NCBI GenBank assembly: GCA_040437565.1
Contig: JBDOQK010000057.1
Coordinates: 1-64,000, forward strand
From: Albugo candida
Lineage: Eukaryota
Length of the DNA: 64,000 nucleotides
Direction of reading: 5' to 3'
In this document: one piece after another, positions 23,751-37,300 of the stretch
How positions within the stretch are numbered: position 1 is the stretch's first letter
Layout of the letters: each line of letters begins with the position of its first letter
Position numbers and translations under genes: made by a program
Notes under the pieces: generated by a model
Told to the model about the DNA's origin: nothing
Database searches by the model: none
The model's input: the letters and a program-made list of their open reading frames with translations, nothing else

Positions 23751-26269
23751 TCGTCTCAATTTTGACCGAGTATCAGTTCAATATCAAAATAGCACATGGA
23801 CACACTTGAACCGTAGTGAAAATCTATTTCACGAGAGGGAAGTAGCTTTTTTATCATGAAATCTCGGTATCATGTAATAAAAAAAAGGAAACAGGGTCTC
23901 AAGTCAATGAATTGGAGGATGTTTTTATCAACGTGAAGTATTTATAATTAGAATAGCACCTACGCTATCTTTGTGCTATAGGTCCAAGAACAAATTTTTA
24001 CAGATTTTTCTCTTGTTGAACTCAACTATTTAATATATTACATTTGGTCGATGAATTTTTTAACCTGCATTCTGCGTTGCTCAAAATTAAGAAAAAACGT
24101 TTAGTACTACAGTCCAAAAACAAAAGGTGTACCGATAAAACGTTTTGACCAGTGTTTCTCACCTTGTAGCCTATTGATTGGGGTGATTACACGTAGAAAT
24201 AAATGCCACAGGCGAGGGTTCATACCTCAACCATGTCAGTTAATTATATAGCCCGGCAATACTGCAACATTTCAACCAGAAGCTCAGTTAAAGTTGTCGT
24301 CATTACTAAAATAGGACGAACTCACTTATATAGGTCTTGCACATGTGACGAAAGGGAAACCTGAATACAATAGATATTTCTTCGCTTTCCTCACATGCAT
24401 CATCTCAGGCGGTCTCAGAGCTTTAAAGAAAGCCCATGACACCACCCCAATGATCTCTAAATTTGTCAATAATTTCCCTCGTGTTCGATGTAACGGTGCC
24501 ACATTTTTTGGTCTGGTTTTTAATCGACACGCGATCAGACGAACCATCCGGAACGCAGAAAATATGCTCTAACTAATTCTATTCATGCTTCACCACATGA
24601 GCGCAGACCTCATCTTGATTATATTTGAAATCATTTTCGGCCTAAACTCTAAATCAAGCGCGACATAAATCGAGAATCTGCGGTGACTGATTGGTGTCTT
24701 GAGTTCGATATAGAGCGGCTATGGCTTCCATAACAGATTCCCTGGTCCAAAATCGCGTCGGCTTTCTTGTGAGATATTTTCGCAATTCCTTGACGTTGTT
24801 TTATTATTTTCGTGTTCCACCTTTCCCGCATTGTTTTGAGAGTCGAAGTTGTGCGCAAATTTTGGTGCACTAAAATCTCTGCCGATTTGGTAGCTTCGGC
24901 AACTTGAGGATATACAAATAGCTGTTAGGAACATTTACAATATCCTTGCACTGGGATTTGAGTTGGATGCGCAAAAGTTTCGTTTCTGTCAGATGATCTC
25001 GTGAATTTGGTGGACTAAATTATGGAGACTTTTTGTATATCATATTAAATAGCTTTTTGGATATGCAGATATGATCTACTCCATTCTTGCGCCATAATTG
25101 TCCGGTGAACAATTTCTCATTTGGATGATGTATTCGGAAAGCGTCTAACACACTCAACTGCGAAAGCCATTTGAAACATGCTAATCGACTGGTTCCGTTT
25201 CGAATTCTCCACTCAAAGTATCGTTAGCTGGATCGAGTGGTGTGCGTATTCATCAGATACGAGATGGGTTGCGGACGATTCGAAAGTGTCGAAAAAAGCA
25301 CCGCTTCCTCGGTCTAGACTGGTGCATATACAATTTGAATATACACCGGTGCGTGGTGAATGGGAACATGCAAAAGCAAATAATGTAAGCACAATTAACG
25401 AAGAAACGGTACAGCAAATTCAACCAGATCAAATCAGCGAAAAAATGAATGTCACATCACAACATACTGTCCAAGCCGTTTCTAAACAAACTGTTAGTAT
25501 CGCGCAAGATGATATCCTTGAAATCACAAAGATGGAAACTAGTTCAGACAACATGAATGATGACAAGAGAATTGAAAATGATTCTAAGTTCGACTACAAA
25601 TGACACAGTATCATCAAGAGCATAGAGGTGGCGGTAAAAAAAATTATAGATGAACCAGATTGACCTCATCAATTCGACGGAGAAGCGGTATTCGGATGAG
25701 AAAATAGTGTCTAAATTGTTGAGGAAGCAATCTGTACTATTGCGCAACCTGACATCGTTCGGATCACGACGCTGGAAAAAGATTGTATGTCGAAATTATT
25801 GTGACCACACGGCCTTCAGAATCTCTGGTGGAAAAAGTTGCAATTTACAAACAGAAATTAGACAGTAGCAATGGCAGAGAGAAAGTATTCGTATGGATAT
25901 GGATGCTACATTAGTGGCAAAAAGAAGAAAAGAACAACCAAAAGTTGCTGAGAAATACCTGCTCAGGACGCAAAACATCGTAGAATTTATCTACTGCGTC
26001 ATGAACATGGTTACTCGTATTTCTCCACCTTTTGAATCTATCAAATCAATACTAAATAATTTCAAAAGCGAACTGGACGCTGATTGTCTTTTGACGGCTC
26101 GGAAGGCCACTTTATTGGTCGAATAAAGTCTATTAAATCTGTTCTCTGGCTGTTTATAATGCGCTGGTCGCTAATTATTATCAAGAGCTCCAATCTGCTC
26201 CGGTAGACCAATTTGTTAGGTTTCTTGGTGCTTGTCATGTACAAAACGGCAATCTTGTCTGCAAAATGA

Positions 26270-28640
26270 CTGGTTGGAAACTAAAATGGCATTTTGCTTA
26301 TGGCGAATGGATCACTATGGGTTTTAGAGGCACAAATTAATTATGAGGTCACCGCCACTTATCAGTTTACTATTTCTGTCAGGAAAAGCTAACTAAATAC
26401 CAATTGACTCACTATGACATTGGCTGTCCTCCTCCAAGATGTAATTGAACCACCTATAGTATAGAACTGATGCGCGTTACACCAGAAATCGTGATGTAGG
26501 GACCATCGTGCACGGTCAGCTCCTTGCAACGGACCCTGACACAAGATAAGCCATTATATGAACGATGTGGACCACTTCACAATACTTCTCTGCACCGTTA
26601 GCTGAGCGTTGGACAGTGGCCATAAACGTCTTATGGTGTGCTTCAGAATACTCCAGAGAAGTTCGTTTCTATTCAATACTGCTTGATCATCTAAATTGTT
26701 TGCAGATTGCTCAGTTGCATGCAAAATGTACCAATTCGTGTTCATTCCAAGAGAAGACGACTCACTCATAGTGCTTGTGCCTAAAGTCTACAGTGTGCGA
26801 TTGCTCAAGGATACGGCGGGGTCAGCACAAGCGCAACTAACCATATAATAATTAAAATATTTAAGCTTCCTCGCTACCGAAACTATTAAATATGAAGTAG
26901 TGTGTATGCTTCCAAATGCATAGCATAACGAAGCTCAAATGACAATGGATCAGGTTCACGTGTATTCGGAATTAGCCCTTACAGTGTTGGGAAAGAGACA
27001 GGTGCCGTGTTCGATGCAATAATCTCAATTAAGATTCCATCGACCAAATAGGCGCTCTATACACTTTTCGACACAAGCGATTGGGTGCCCGTATCCGACG
27101 TATCTTTGTTATTGGTGATCAAATGGCTTTCAATATAGCGGTTATATAAAGGTCAAGATTTCAATCCCTTCCAATAAGACGACATTGTTGATGGGACATC
27201 TACGTCAGGACGCACTTGAACAAATAATCGACCCGGAGCTACAAAAAATATCAATAACGGACGCCACGTGGTAACAAGTCGTTTTTTTTAATTGGGTCTG
27301 AGGCCTCAGGGCCTTCATTCTATGAATTTGTACTGACGGAAGGGATTTGGGCTCGTATGTTGAAAAATGTCTCTTCTTCGAGTGCATAGATCGTATTGCG
27401 CTATTGCACGAAAAAATCGCGATCTTGTTGCCTCAATTGGAAAATACGACACGGTAGAAATCGATTTTGGTAAAGATCCTCGGCGAATTCCTATCCAACA
27501 ATCTCGAAGTTATGACCATCGAGTTTTCGATCTGATTTTCGTGCGTTGGAGGCGTAAAACCATTTTTCAAGACCCATTCAGTTTTAGATGAAAGATGTCC
27601 TAAAAGTTATGAAATATATCATCGCTCTGTTGAAAATATCGAACTTGTATCGGGTCAGGAGTCATCAAGTATTCAATACGCTGCTCACGACTCTTATGGG
27701 TGTGGCGTTGGCATCAAAACTCGTATGAGATTCATCAAGGTGATACTCGATCCATTAATTCATCGAGAAAACATACTTGATGAACACGAATTGGATGCGA
27801 GTGCGTTGCAATTTGGGGTCGCACGCGGTCCACCTAAACTTCCCGCTGAAGACGCTTGTATCGAGGAGCTTCAGAACCTAGATATGAAGGTTTCCCAGTT
27901 TATTTTGATGTCATCGGCAGTATTTTGACCACATTTTCCAAGCGAATGCAATACTTCAAAACCTTTGCTGTTGTATTCACCTCAGTCTTCAACACTCCAT
28001 ATGTTAACGGACATTCCGTCTGCGATTTTGAGCAAGTTACAGAATGGATTTGCCCAAGTGATCAGCTCTCAAATTTTCAAAAACGTCCAATTCGACACCG
28101 TGTAAAAATTGAGGTCTTTCGTGTTGCAAACGACTTCTAATGTATTTCTTTGTCATCCATCGAATACAGATCTTTTAAACCGTGGTCACATCTTGCAATC
28201 TGCTTGAGTACGTTCATCCAGGATTTGTTCCTTCAGCGTGTGCGTGCATCTTTGTCAGTATAACGATCAGTGATCAGGAGACATGAGCTCTAGCAGCAGA
28301 AACGAGAACTATTTCGAATGAGATCACATTCGATCCTCTGGTTTTATCACGGAATCGTTATTTTGGTGATACTGGGCTCTTTGACATTTTCAAGCTCATC
28401 AACGGTGCCGTTGTCCTTTCAGCTCTCACACAGTACGACGTGGCTTCGACAATTCCATTGGCGTAAGGGTAACGGCCTTGGAAATGTATCTATTGCGGTT
28501 GAAAGATTTGACATTTACTTGATGCCACGCTTCGATTCCTTCGCAAGCATGAGAAGCCTCGTACTTGTGCAAGTTAATGCGAGTAGGATGACTTCATTTG
28601 GCTCGAAAAAGAACGAGAAACGTTCTATCGTCAATTAATA
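26270..28640 (+). pseudogene. Cadherin-repeat protein relic
   Basis: VGN*NGI...NGSLWVLEAQINYEVTATYQFTISV...LAVLLQDVIEPP is followed, after a frameshift, by DVGTIVHGQLLATDPD. This matches the cadherin EC motifs GN, LDYE, DxNExP and AxDPD. Further decayed repeats lie near 26880 (IKYE..DNGSG) and 28360-28490 (GLFDI..NG..QYD; GNGLGNVS). Confidence 0.65.
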
Positions 28641-28649
28641 TCATCCGCA

Positions 28650-31600
28650 AACACCTATAAAGAATACCAACGCAGAATTTTGATGAGACCCACACATTGA
28701 GAGCGACCAATTCTACGAAAATGAAGCAAAAATGCGAGCGACAATTGAAGCCGAGTCTTGACGCTAGACAACGATGCTGCCCCGTTGGAGGATACAAAGA
28801 CTGGGTGGATGGAAGGCTCGCGATTGTGATCCAAGACGCACACAAATAAGATTGTATTGCACAAGCATTATATATTGCAAGGCAGCTGGAAACCTCAATT
28901 CTGAGCACAAAATACTTTTTTATTTTTCATTCTCTGGCATCAGATACGCCATGAAGCATTTTCTTCTCGACACTACACGATTAACTCAGTTGATGGAACA
29001 GATGAAAGGCGTTAGTGCACAAACCGCTGGAGGTAACCGAGCTCTTTAAAGTTGGCAATGGAAGACAACGTAAAACATACATCATCTGTCGTCAAGAGCG
29101 TCGGCATGTATTCCCAAGTGAACACAAACGCACTCTTTTTCGCATTTCCAATCCTTCGAGAGCTGATAGATGACGCTAAATGAGTTCAGCCAAAATGAAG
29201 GACCCATAATTCATCACCATCTTGAGGCCGTGTAGTGAGCATCAACGCGTCATGAGAGTTGTTATAAATCCCCAAAGCCACAGATCCGCGTGCCAGAATT
29301 CCTGTATGATTAAAATTTTTAGTCGTAGAAATTGCGTTTCCGAAGTGCATTGGTCGATCAAATGCGAATATTTTTGCAGTAAACGCGAATTCGAGAGCGT
29401 TTTATACGTAAAACTAAGCGGACTCGGTGTTAGTGGCATTCCGATGCATTGTGATTGAGCCTCATCTCTATCAATTATCGCAAATCTTCCTGAGTTCACC
29501 TCGCTAGCTGAGGCCAGACTGATTCATTATCGAGAACACATCAAAGACATCCCCGTTGTTACCATGCTTGACACAAGTGATGTGACTTGAATAGACTCGA
29601 GCATCTCCGGTCCTTGTGACGTGACGGACGGATCCCTCGTAAAATTCCCTTCTCCTTTTTTCGAGCAGATGATTTTTGTGTAGATAACGCTTCTTTGATT
29701 TCGAATTGGCCAAGCGTTGAATGAGCATTTTCAGTCTCGATTTTGAAACGAGTCAGCCAAAAATGGGACGAAAATCAAACCGAATTTGTGTCAGGCGAAC
29801 TGTGACGCGAGAAGCTGAAAATCACGCTCATCGGATCAATTCGCAGGTCTTGAACATACAATTCGACCCTGGAACTGAATCCATTGATTCATTGTCCGGT
29901 GTGACGGTCGACGGCCTGAAAAGCGCCAGTAGATCTTCGCACTATAGCCATTTTGCATCTTCCGAATCAAACACCAGCAACGTGTCTGTGATAGAGAAAA
30001 GAAAAAACTGTCATTTTTGCCTCTCGATTGCGGAGGAAGCGGTCGACTTCATAGTGCTTTGACGAACATGTGCTAAAGTATTCCGAAAAGACCGATTCAA
30101 ACGATGAAAATCGCATCGTCGTAGTGATGCGAACACTTTTTCTTTTGATGCGGACAACATCAAATTATTTGGACACTAATCCGCGCAAATTAATCGTATT
30201 AGTTGGTTTTTCGTTCAGAAATACTTCAACGAAACAGACTATCAAGCTGCCCCGAGAAGAGACGCTAGACAGAGGATCGACGACAAAAACATCTGAGTCA
30301 AATCACGGATTATCATACTCTCGAATTTAGGTGTGCACACTTTATTTGTGTATTCTCATCCAGCTCGAGTTGCACGCTACTAATAGAGAAGCGGGAAACC
30401 TTTTTTTCTCACTCGACTATTTCTTGACAATGTTTTTCTGTACTCAGCTTCAAAGCTCCATCTACTGTCACGCTTACGCCCACGACATATGCAATCATGC
30501 TTCATTTACCGATCGAATCCTTTCCTCAAGTATACTTTGCTGTGTATCATCCCCAGTCATTTCAGCGTCTTCGTCCTATATCTTTATTATATACGACGCG
30601 TGCGGCTTGCGTCAGGGTTTCAGTGTTGATTGCGTCTCGAAGAGAGACAATCACTTCACTATCTTCTTTCGTAACTGCAGCTTCCACAAAGTTACTCTAT
30701 CAATGTGAAAAAGTTTCGCTCCAGTTGAAAGAACCTTCAGAATACTCACCGACAACTGAGAATTGGACGCTGGAACGCCGATTGTGCATCTAATACAGAG
30801 CATACACCTCATTTTGGGTGATTGAGTGATCAGCTCCGTAGCCAATGAGCGCAAGTGTCGCCATTTTCGTTATATCCCGTCAGTAAAATTGTGTTTCGAA
30901 AGAGACATTGAACCAGAAAACGTGGAATAAGGCTCATCAAAGTCGTCATGAATCCAAAATAGCTTGTGGCGACATCGGACGATATGCCAAACTCCTACAT
31001 GACCACAGAACGCGATAGCTTGCGACCCGTACATCGAATGGTCTTACCGTGTGAAACATGTTTCAACAACAATTCTAGAATCGCTCGATGAGAGGAATTA
31101 GCGGATGTACAGTCTACACATTTCCCAACGCCCTTCAGCGATGAACTAGATATATTACATTGTTTGGATAATGTATTCTGAGAGTGGATTAATATACATT
31201 CATTTTGCCATTTGAGGTACTTTGGGACATATTGGAAATATAGAACACGACTACATTGTCTTTAGTATGATCAATTAGAATCCCAATTCAAAACTTCGGA
31301 GCTTATTTCCCGCTCCCGTTCGATCCAAACGCGCAGAATGGAGCATTCTCCGAATGAGACCGCGCATCGATGCCGGAAAATAAGACTCTACCTGAACTCC
31401 TGTGCAGTAGACAATATCCAAACCTGTCCGATTGATCATCCAAAAATGGATATTTGGATAGATCCGCCGGTCTCAGGTATTTGCAGCAAGACTTTTAGTG
31501 AGCCTCCTTCGGTACGTGGAAAAAAATAAAAATAAAATGTATATAAAACTTGACCTATTGTTTCAATATTTGTAACCAGTGATCTCAACCATTGATTCCT

Positions 31601-34300
31601 CCTCTTTGAATCGCGTCAGCAGCCATTCTATCAATTTCGTACCTGAAATAACCATTTATAAGGTGTTGAACAGCCGACGATGATGTGTTGTGCACCACCA
31701 AATACCGCTGTTTCTACCATCACTTGTTGCCGTGTTCGTTGAGAATCCAGGAATTAGTCATTCTCTTGTCAGTAGCCATGGCATTGTGAGTTTTGAGCCA
31801 CAGTGTACGAAGAGTTTATTCAAAACGGAAATGATATGTCGTAAGGCTCCGACACGAAGAGATGGCGTAAACGCCATCTTCACACAAAAGTACGCTGATG
31901 GCGCCAAGGTATGTCCTGATTGAACCTTCATTTTCAAGCGAGATCGAGTCTGAATGGGAATTGAACCGGTTCATCCGAGCGTGTGGGACGCAAGGAAGTT
32001 CGATGACTTTGGTCCTACACGAAGCTCACTTGCCCATGCACCACCTCCATGCAAGCACCACAGTGATGGCCAGACTCTCTTTCGACGCAATCTTACCGAT
32101 TATGACGCGATCCTTCCTTGTAGAAGAGTGCACCAGAACCTGAATGCTCAAGCCGTATGGACTTCCAAGACGTTGCAAGGAGATGCCAATTATTGGCTCA
32201 AATCGAATTTGTTCGCCAAAATCTATGAGGTATAACAGTAACGTATCCAATCCGTCATGACAACGCACGACTCCTGATCCCATGCCACGTTGATGGGCAG
32301 GCCACACGCGGATAACGTCTCTGTCAAGCATCTTGTGAAATCGTGAGCTAATTGCAACAGAGATGTCCAATTCGTTGATATTTCGAAGCAAAAGCGGGGC
32401 ATTAACCGTACGGAACATGAAGGATGGATGTGTGCGTTGATTTCGTTAGGAAGAAAGGTGAGACTCTTTTCGTTGCTCCTTTTCCGTACAAAAGCGATTA
32501 TAGCAGAAACGACGAGTTCCATAAGGTCATGCGTGACGATAACGTCGAGCAGTGGTTTCTCATTGAGAAGTATATGCATTCGCAGTCGTAGGAAACAGTC
32601 ACACAAACGTGCGTGCACTTCAACGTATAATTCTGCATGTGATATTTTCTTCTGGAAAAAAAGTCTTCCGATGCGTAAAGAGTCCAATTTGGGGCTGACA
32701 TTGTATTCTTATCGCTCACATTTCCGGAGGCCAAATGCGAGTGAATTGTTTTTTTGATGTAATTAAAAGTCCAAAGAATGTTACGAACGTCTTTGTACGA
32801 CAGATACACGTCGCCAAGACTCTTTTGAACCGATGAAATGAGTTATTTTGGGGCTTCGTGGGACCAACCTCAGTAAAATCGATCCGCATGTCACAGGGTT
32901 CCAGGATTTGTATATTTGAATCTTGACCAGATACTCCATCTGTACGACTTGGACGCACGAAAATAAACTGCAGCGACTTGACCCTGATCACATTGGCATC
33001 GCTCATTTTAAACGCTCATCAGCGGTTTCTAATGTGGTCGTATTGTAAGGCTTGAAGAGCAAATGGACGTCGTTATCGGCACTGCATGCAAATTGAATAG
33101 AATTTTCCGCAGATTTAATTTCGGGAAGCCTCCACACGATCGGTTTTGCAAATAACGTAATGCTACAACCCCTTGCGTCGTGCTCACTGGTCTTTAGAAT
33201 AGCCGGTGCGTTAAAATACGTCGATAGTTTCAGATACTCGATCAATTACACTATCATTTGAGGCTCCAGCCATACTTCCACATTTTTAATTTCAACAGCG
33301 ACTGGAACGCTGTGGAATTCTACTGGAAACGCAGTCGGCTTAGGGTTGTTGAAATGGAAAGTTTTTCGTCTTTTGACTTCTAATGGTTCAAGCCTTTCAA
33401 CGTCAAAGTCAAAGTCGGATCCTCATCGGTGGATACATCGAGCGATATGTTGACAGCTTCCGTTTTGCGCATCTGAGCAGGATCCACCAATATATAGCGA
33501 AGCTTCATCAACCATAGCGCTACTGTGATTGTTACTGTTTGAAAATCTGACCGACCATACGCTTACTCGACCCAAGGACGTGAGTCGTCTTTTGACCATT
33601 GCGTAGAATGATGATCCCCTTCTGCGCGCCAAGATTCTTGTCAAGTATTGCCACAAGCGTAAGGTACTCTTCTCTTCTCAATCCGATTGTGAGGGGGCTT
33701 TGGTTCCATTCCTTTTTTCTGTAAAGACGTGAGTCGAAACAGTGAATCGAGGTATCTCAGTGCTCATTCTCTCCTCGATTGAGGCTCATCCCTTGTGTCA
33801 ACTGTATAGGACGAGAAAAAAGCGCCTGATACGTTTGTCTGTCATCGACTACACATAATGAATTGACCTGTTTAAAGTCCGACCTTGACGTTCTTCTGCT
33901 TGCTGTTGCCAGCAATTCTTCAAACACCAAACGGTACCTTCAATGAGCTTTCCGGAACTCGTCGTCAGCGCTATAATCGAACCCCACAGTTGGCATTTCG
34001 ATCGTGATCGAGCGTAAGTTTCTTGGCTGTGATTGCAATATGATGTGCAACGTTCCACTGCATTGGTAAGACGATAGAGTGCTCGACCATAGTAGCACTT
34101 AGTCGGCCAGAAATTTATACGCGATGAAAATGCGACTGAGAAGGAGCAAACCACTCGTCCTCGAAGCCAAATTTAAAACGCCTGAGAACTCCTTCAATAA
34201 AGTAATCTGTGAGCTCCAGCAATTGCTGATGGTATTATATCATGTGTATTGGGCGAAGATACAATTCCAGTAACTTGCCTTCTTGCTCACACTTCTACGT
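28650..34300 (-). pseudogene. VPS13-like lipid-transfer protein relic (may extend upstream to ~38.7 kb)
   Basis: Minus-strand fragments occur in VPS13 order: QILEPCDMRIDF and YLSYKDV (~32800-32900), LLYLIDFG..PIIGISL (~32200), YPFWMINRTGLDIVY (~31430, one frameshift), TLMSLIPRFLV (~30920), LHGLKMVMN..AELI (~29200) and VLDHNREPSIHPVFV (~28800). Each match is short; their colinearity is the main support. Confidence 0.5.
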
Positions 34301-37300
34301 AAAATCCGTATCCTTGCTTACGGCTTCATAGCGGCGATTATGCATTCCTTTCAATGTCACCTAAGCAATCTGTTTTCCATGTGCCACAGTCACATCTCAC
34401 ATGACCAAATCACCCACATGGTCTTCGATAAGTGAATTCCTAGTGGTCCGAAATTTGCTCACCATATTTGCAATCAGACTGACAAGAGATCCATGAATTT
34501 TAGGAGTGATTTGGTGATGATCGCATATGAACGTTTCGCGTCGTCAATTTTTTTGACGAGGACATAGGTAGATAGTGAGCCCTTGCCAAATTTTGAGTGG
34601 AGTCTACTCCGTCCTCTTGATCAAAAGCTGGGGTCAAATAAAGCAGTCGATTGAGTAAGCCGATGGATGAGGGGTCCCCTTGAGCCTGAAAAGTGTTAGA
34701 CTGGCATCAATTCAGCAATTCGCATCCACAGATTTCTTATTCTCAGTCTTGAGAAAAGCCGGGAAATAACTATGGATATTGACAAGAAGCAGACTCCCTG
34801 ACGAGGACAAGCCTCCCTGAATCGTCCCAGTTGCGATCAGATGGGGATACGGAAGTGATTTTCTAGAGCCCCTCAATAGGCTTCAGCCAATCTGAGATCC
34901 AAGCACTGTTTTAAGTCAGAGTATGTCAGTGAATATGGAAACGGCTTTTCTGTATGTATGTCTTCCTTTAATCATTTTCGATGATAGCATCATTTGAAGG
35001 AACTTTATGACACCAGGGCATTCATGCTGCCACTTGTGAGCGATTTTCGGATCATAATAACGTCACATTGCGCTTCTAAACGCTTATTTTCCATGTGCTG
35101 CGCTGTTGTCTTACTAGCGGTAGTCTGGGCTTCCTACCAAGCCAAAAAAAGATATTTCTTCCGAGCGATACACAACGATATCAAAAATACTTTTTTACTA
35201 GCAGCGCTCGTGTCGATCAATTCATTTTCGTGCGCATTGGCGCTCGCTCACTCGTAAACGCGAAAATCGACTCTAAGGTACCTGCGATCATAACATAATC
35301 CAATCGTATCTGACATACACTCACAAGTTCGGAAACGTCTAGGAAATCTTATTCGCTTCAGAATCCGGAACAATGGTTTTCTGGACAATTTGCAGAAAAA
35401 TATTATGGACAAGAAGAAGAATTATGTCAACGATTGCGCGAAAAATACAATGGTTTTTCAAGTTTCTATTCTTAGCAAAGCGAAATAAAAGTACAGAAGA
35501 AATGCGAGATCCGTCAGCATCTCCACGTGAATACGTTCCGCTGCTTCTACAGAGACAATATGATAATCGAAGCAGAGAAGTGGTAGAAGACAAAAAGCAG
35601 GCTCAGAAACAGTGCGTTCAGTTTCGAATGCCAAATTTCCGAGTAGAATGTTCCTTTTGGGTGGGTCATGTCTTCCTTAACGAGACTGGATTGCACGTTG
35701 TAATGTCTCAATTTTATATAATTGCATTCCTGGCAGCTCCTGAGCATTTGTTGAGAATTGAGGCTCCTATAATGCTCTTGCATCGATTTCTTTCGCAGAA
35801 GTCGCAAAATGCGCTCGCATTTTCTCTCACTATATTCCAACCTCCACGTATTTATACCATGTTGAGGAAGAGTGGCCGCTACTGCCGTCCGATATAGACT
35901 CGGACCATAGCCACTTCCGACATCGTTCCAGGATGGAACGCGGGCATACTACGATACGTCAATATGTAACCCTGGTATCTCGTGTTCAATGGCCTTGAAT
36001 CTTGGATATCAAGAGCTTGAGCTTGACGTTGGTCACGCTTCTTTGAGAATTGCTACCGGTAAAAGCATATCGTTTGGCGGACATAGGGCCAGAATCAATT
36101 ACTCGAATTGACTCTGATGCGAAAACAGATACGTTGCGATCTGTGCTGTATTTCATAAGCGGAGGCTTCGATGCAATTCATGTGTGTTGAACTCCGACGC
36201 TGAGGTCTGACGTATCCACATCGATGTTCCCTTTCGTTACAGAGCAATCTCGCCCATCGAACGAAACGCCTAAGACAGAAGCTTTTGGAATTCGATCGCG
36301 TTGATGGTATACGGGATCCATTTTGTTCTCGATCTATTGTACACGGCTTGGAAATGGCACATCAGTCTCAGTGGTGGCTTTGTGGAGGTAACCGATGCTA
36401 TTTAGCGATCGCTTGTTTCGTGACTACTTGATGTTCGATCCATGAAGCGCTTTAATCACAGCCACTTCCTCTAATTTCACGTTGTTTCACTGCAAATGTT
36501 GACCATTCGCTGTAACGTTAACAGTGCCATACTCAGATAAGAGAACCTTCTCGACGATTAGGACTCAAATAAGAGGTCTGACTTCAATAGCTGCGCCATT
36601 CGTACTGCTGTGCTCCAAATTGCGATACGGAAGAAACCAAGCCACTTTATGCTCAGTTCATATCAGTCACATGACTGGATCCTAAACCGAATATTAAAAG
36701 AAATGATGTCGTGATTGTCTCGACCATAGTTTCCTCGTCGATATCTCATTGAAATGTCGCTGGATTGATTTGATTTATATAGGAGAGAGGGAAGCAGTCT
36801 CTGGGCGCATTATGCTCTCCTGAAAGAAGTAACATCTTTGTCGTTAAGTGCTGATGCAGAACATCTTTCTCGAGGGATAGACCACCTTGTGGTCTTCACA
36901 AGGCGATATTTCCGATTGTGTCCAGCTTCATGAAATCCAACTAGCTTTTATACTTTGTCACAGGTGCGACTCTATCGTCGTGAGACGAGTCGAAAGTCAC
37001 CAAAACGGATGCTTTTGTACTTGGCTAAGATGATAGAGGATTTCTTGGCTCAATTGAGACATATTTTGGCGAAGGAATCGTTGTTGGGATCACAAACAAG
37101 CGCTAAGGAACTGGGGTGTGTGAAAATTCCCGGAGGGATAACAATAATAAACATAGTCTCGAGTCAACGATCCGATTGGAGTTTTAACGGAGACACCTGA
37201 CAATCTTCAATGGAATTCTTCACGTGACGGATACTGCTGCCAGCAGATTGGTTGAATTGAGAAGGTTGGTCCCACGTGATCAATAGTGAGATATGACGTC

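Noticed and set aside
24326..24547. MHVRKAKKYL resembling ribosomal protein L17/L22
   Set aside because: The flanking residues do not match; likely chance.
35373..35897. 174-aa + strand ORF
   Set aside because: No recognisable domain. It lies opposite a probable minus-strand decayed gene, so it is likely a shadow ORF.
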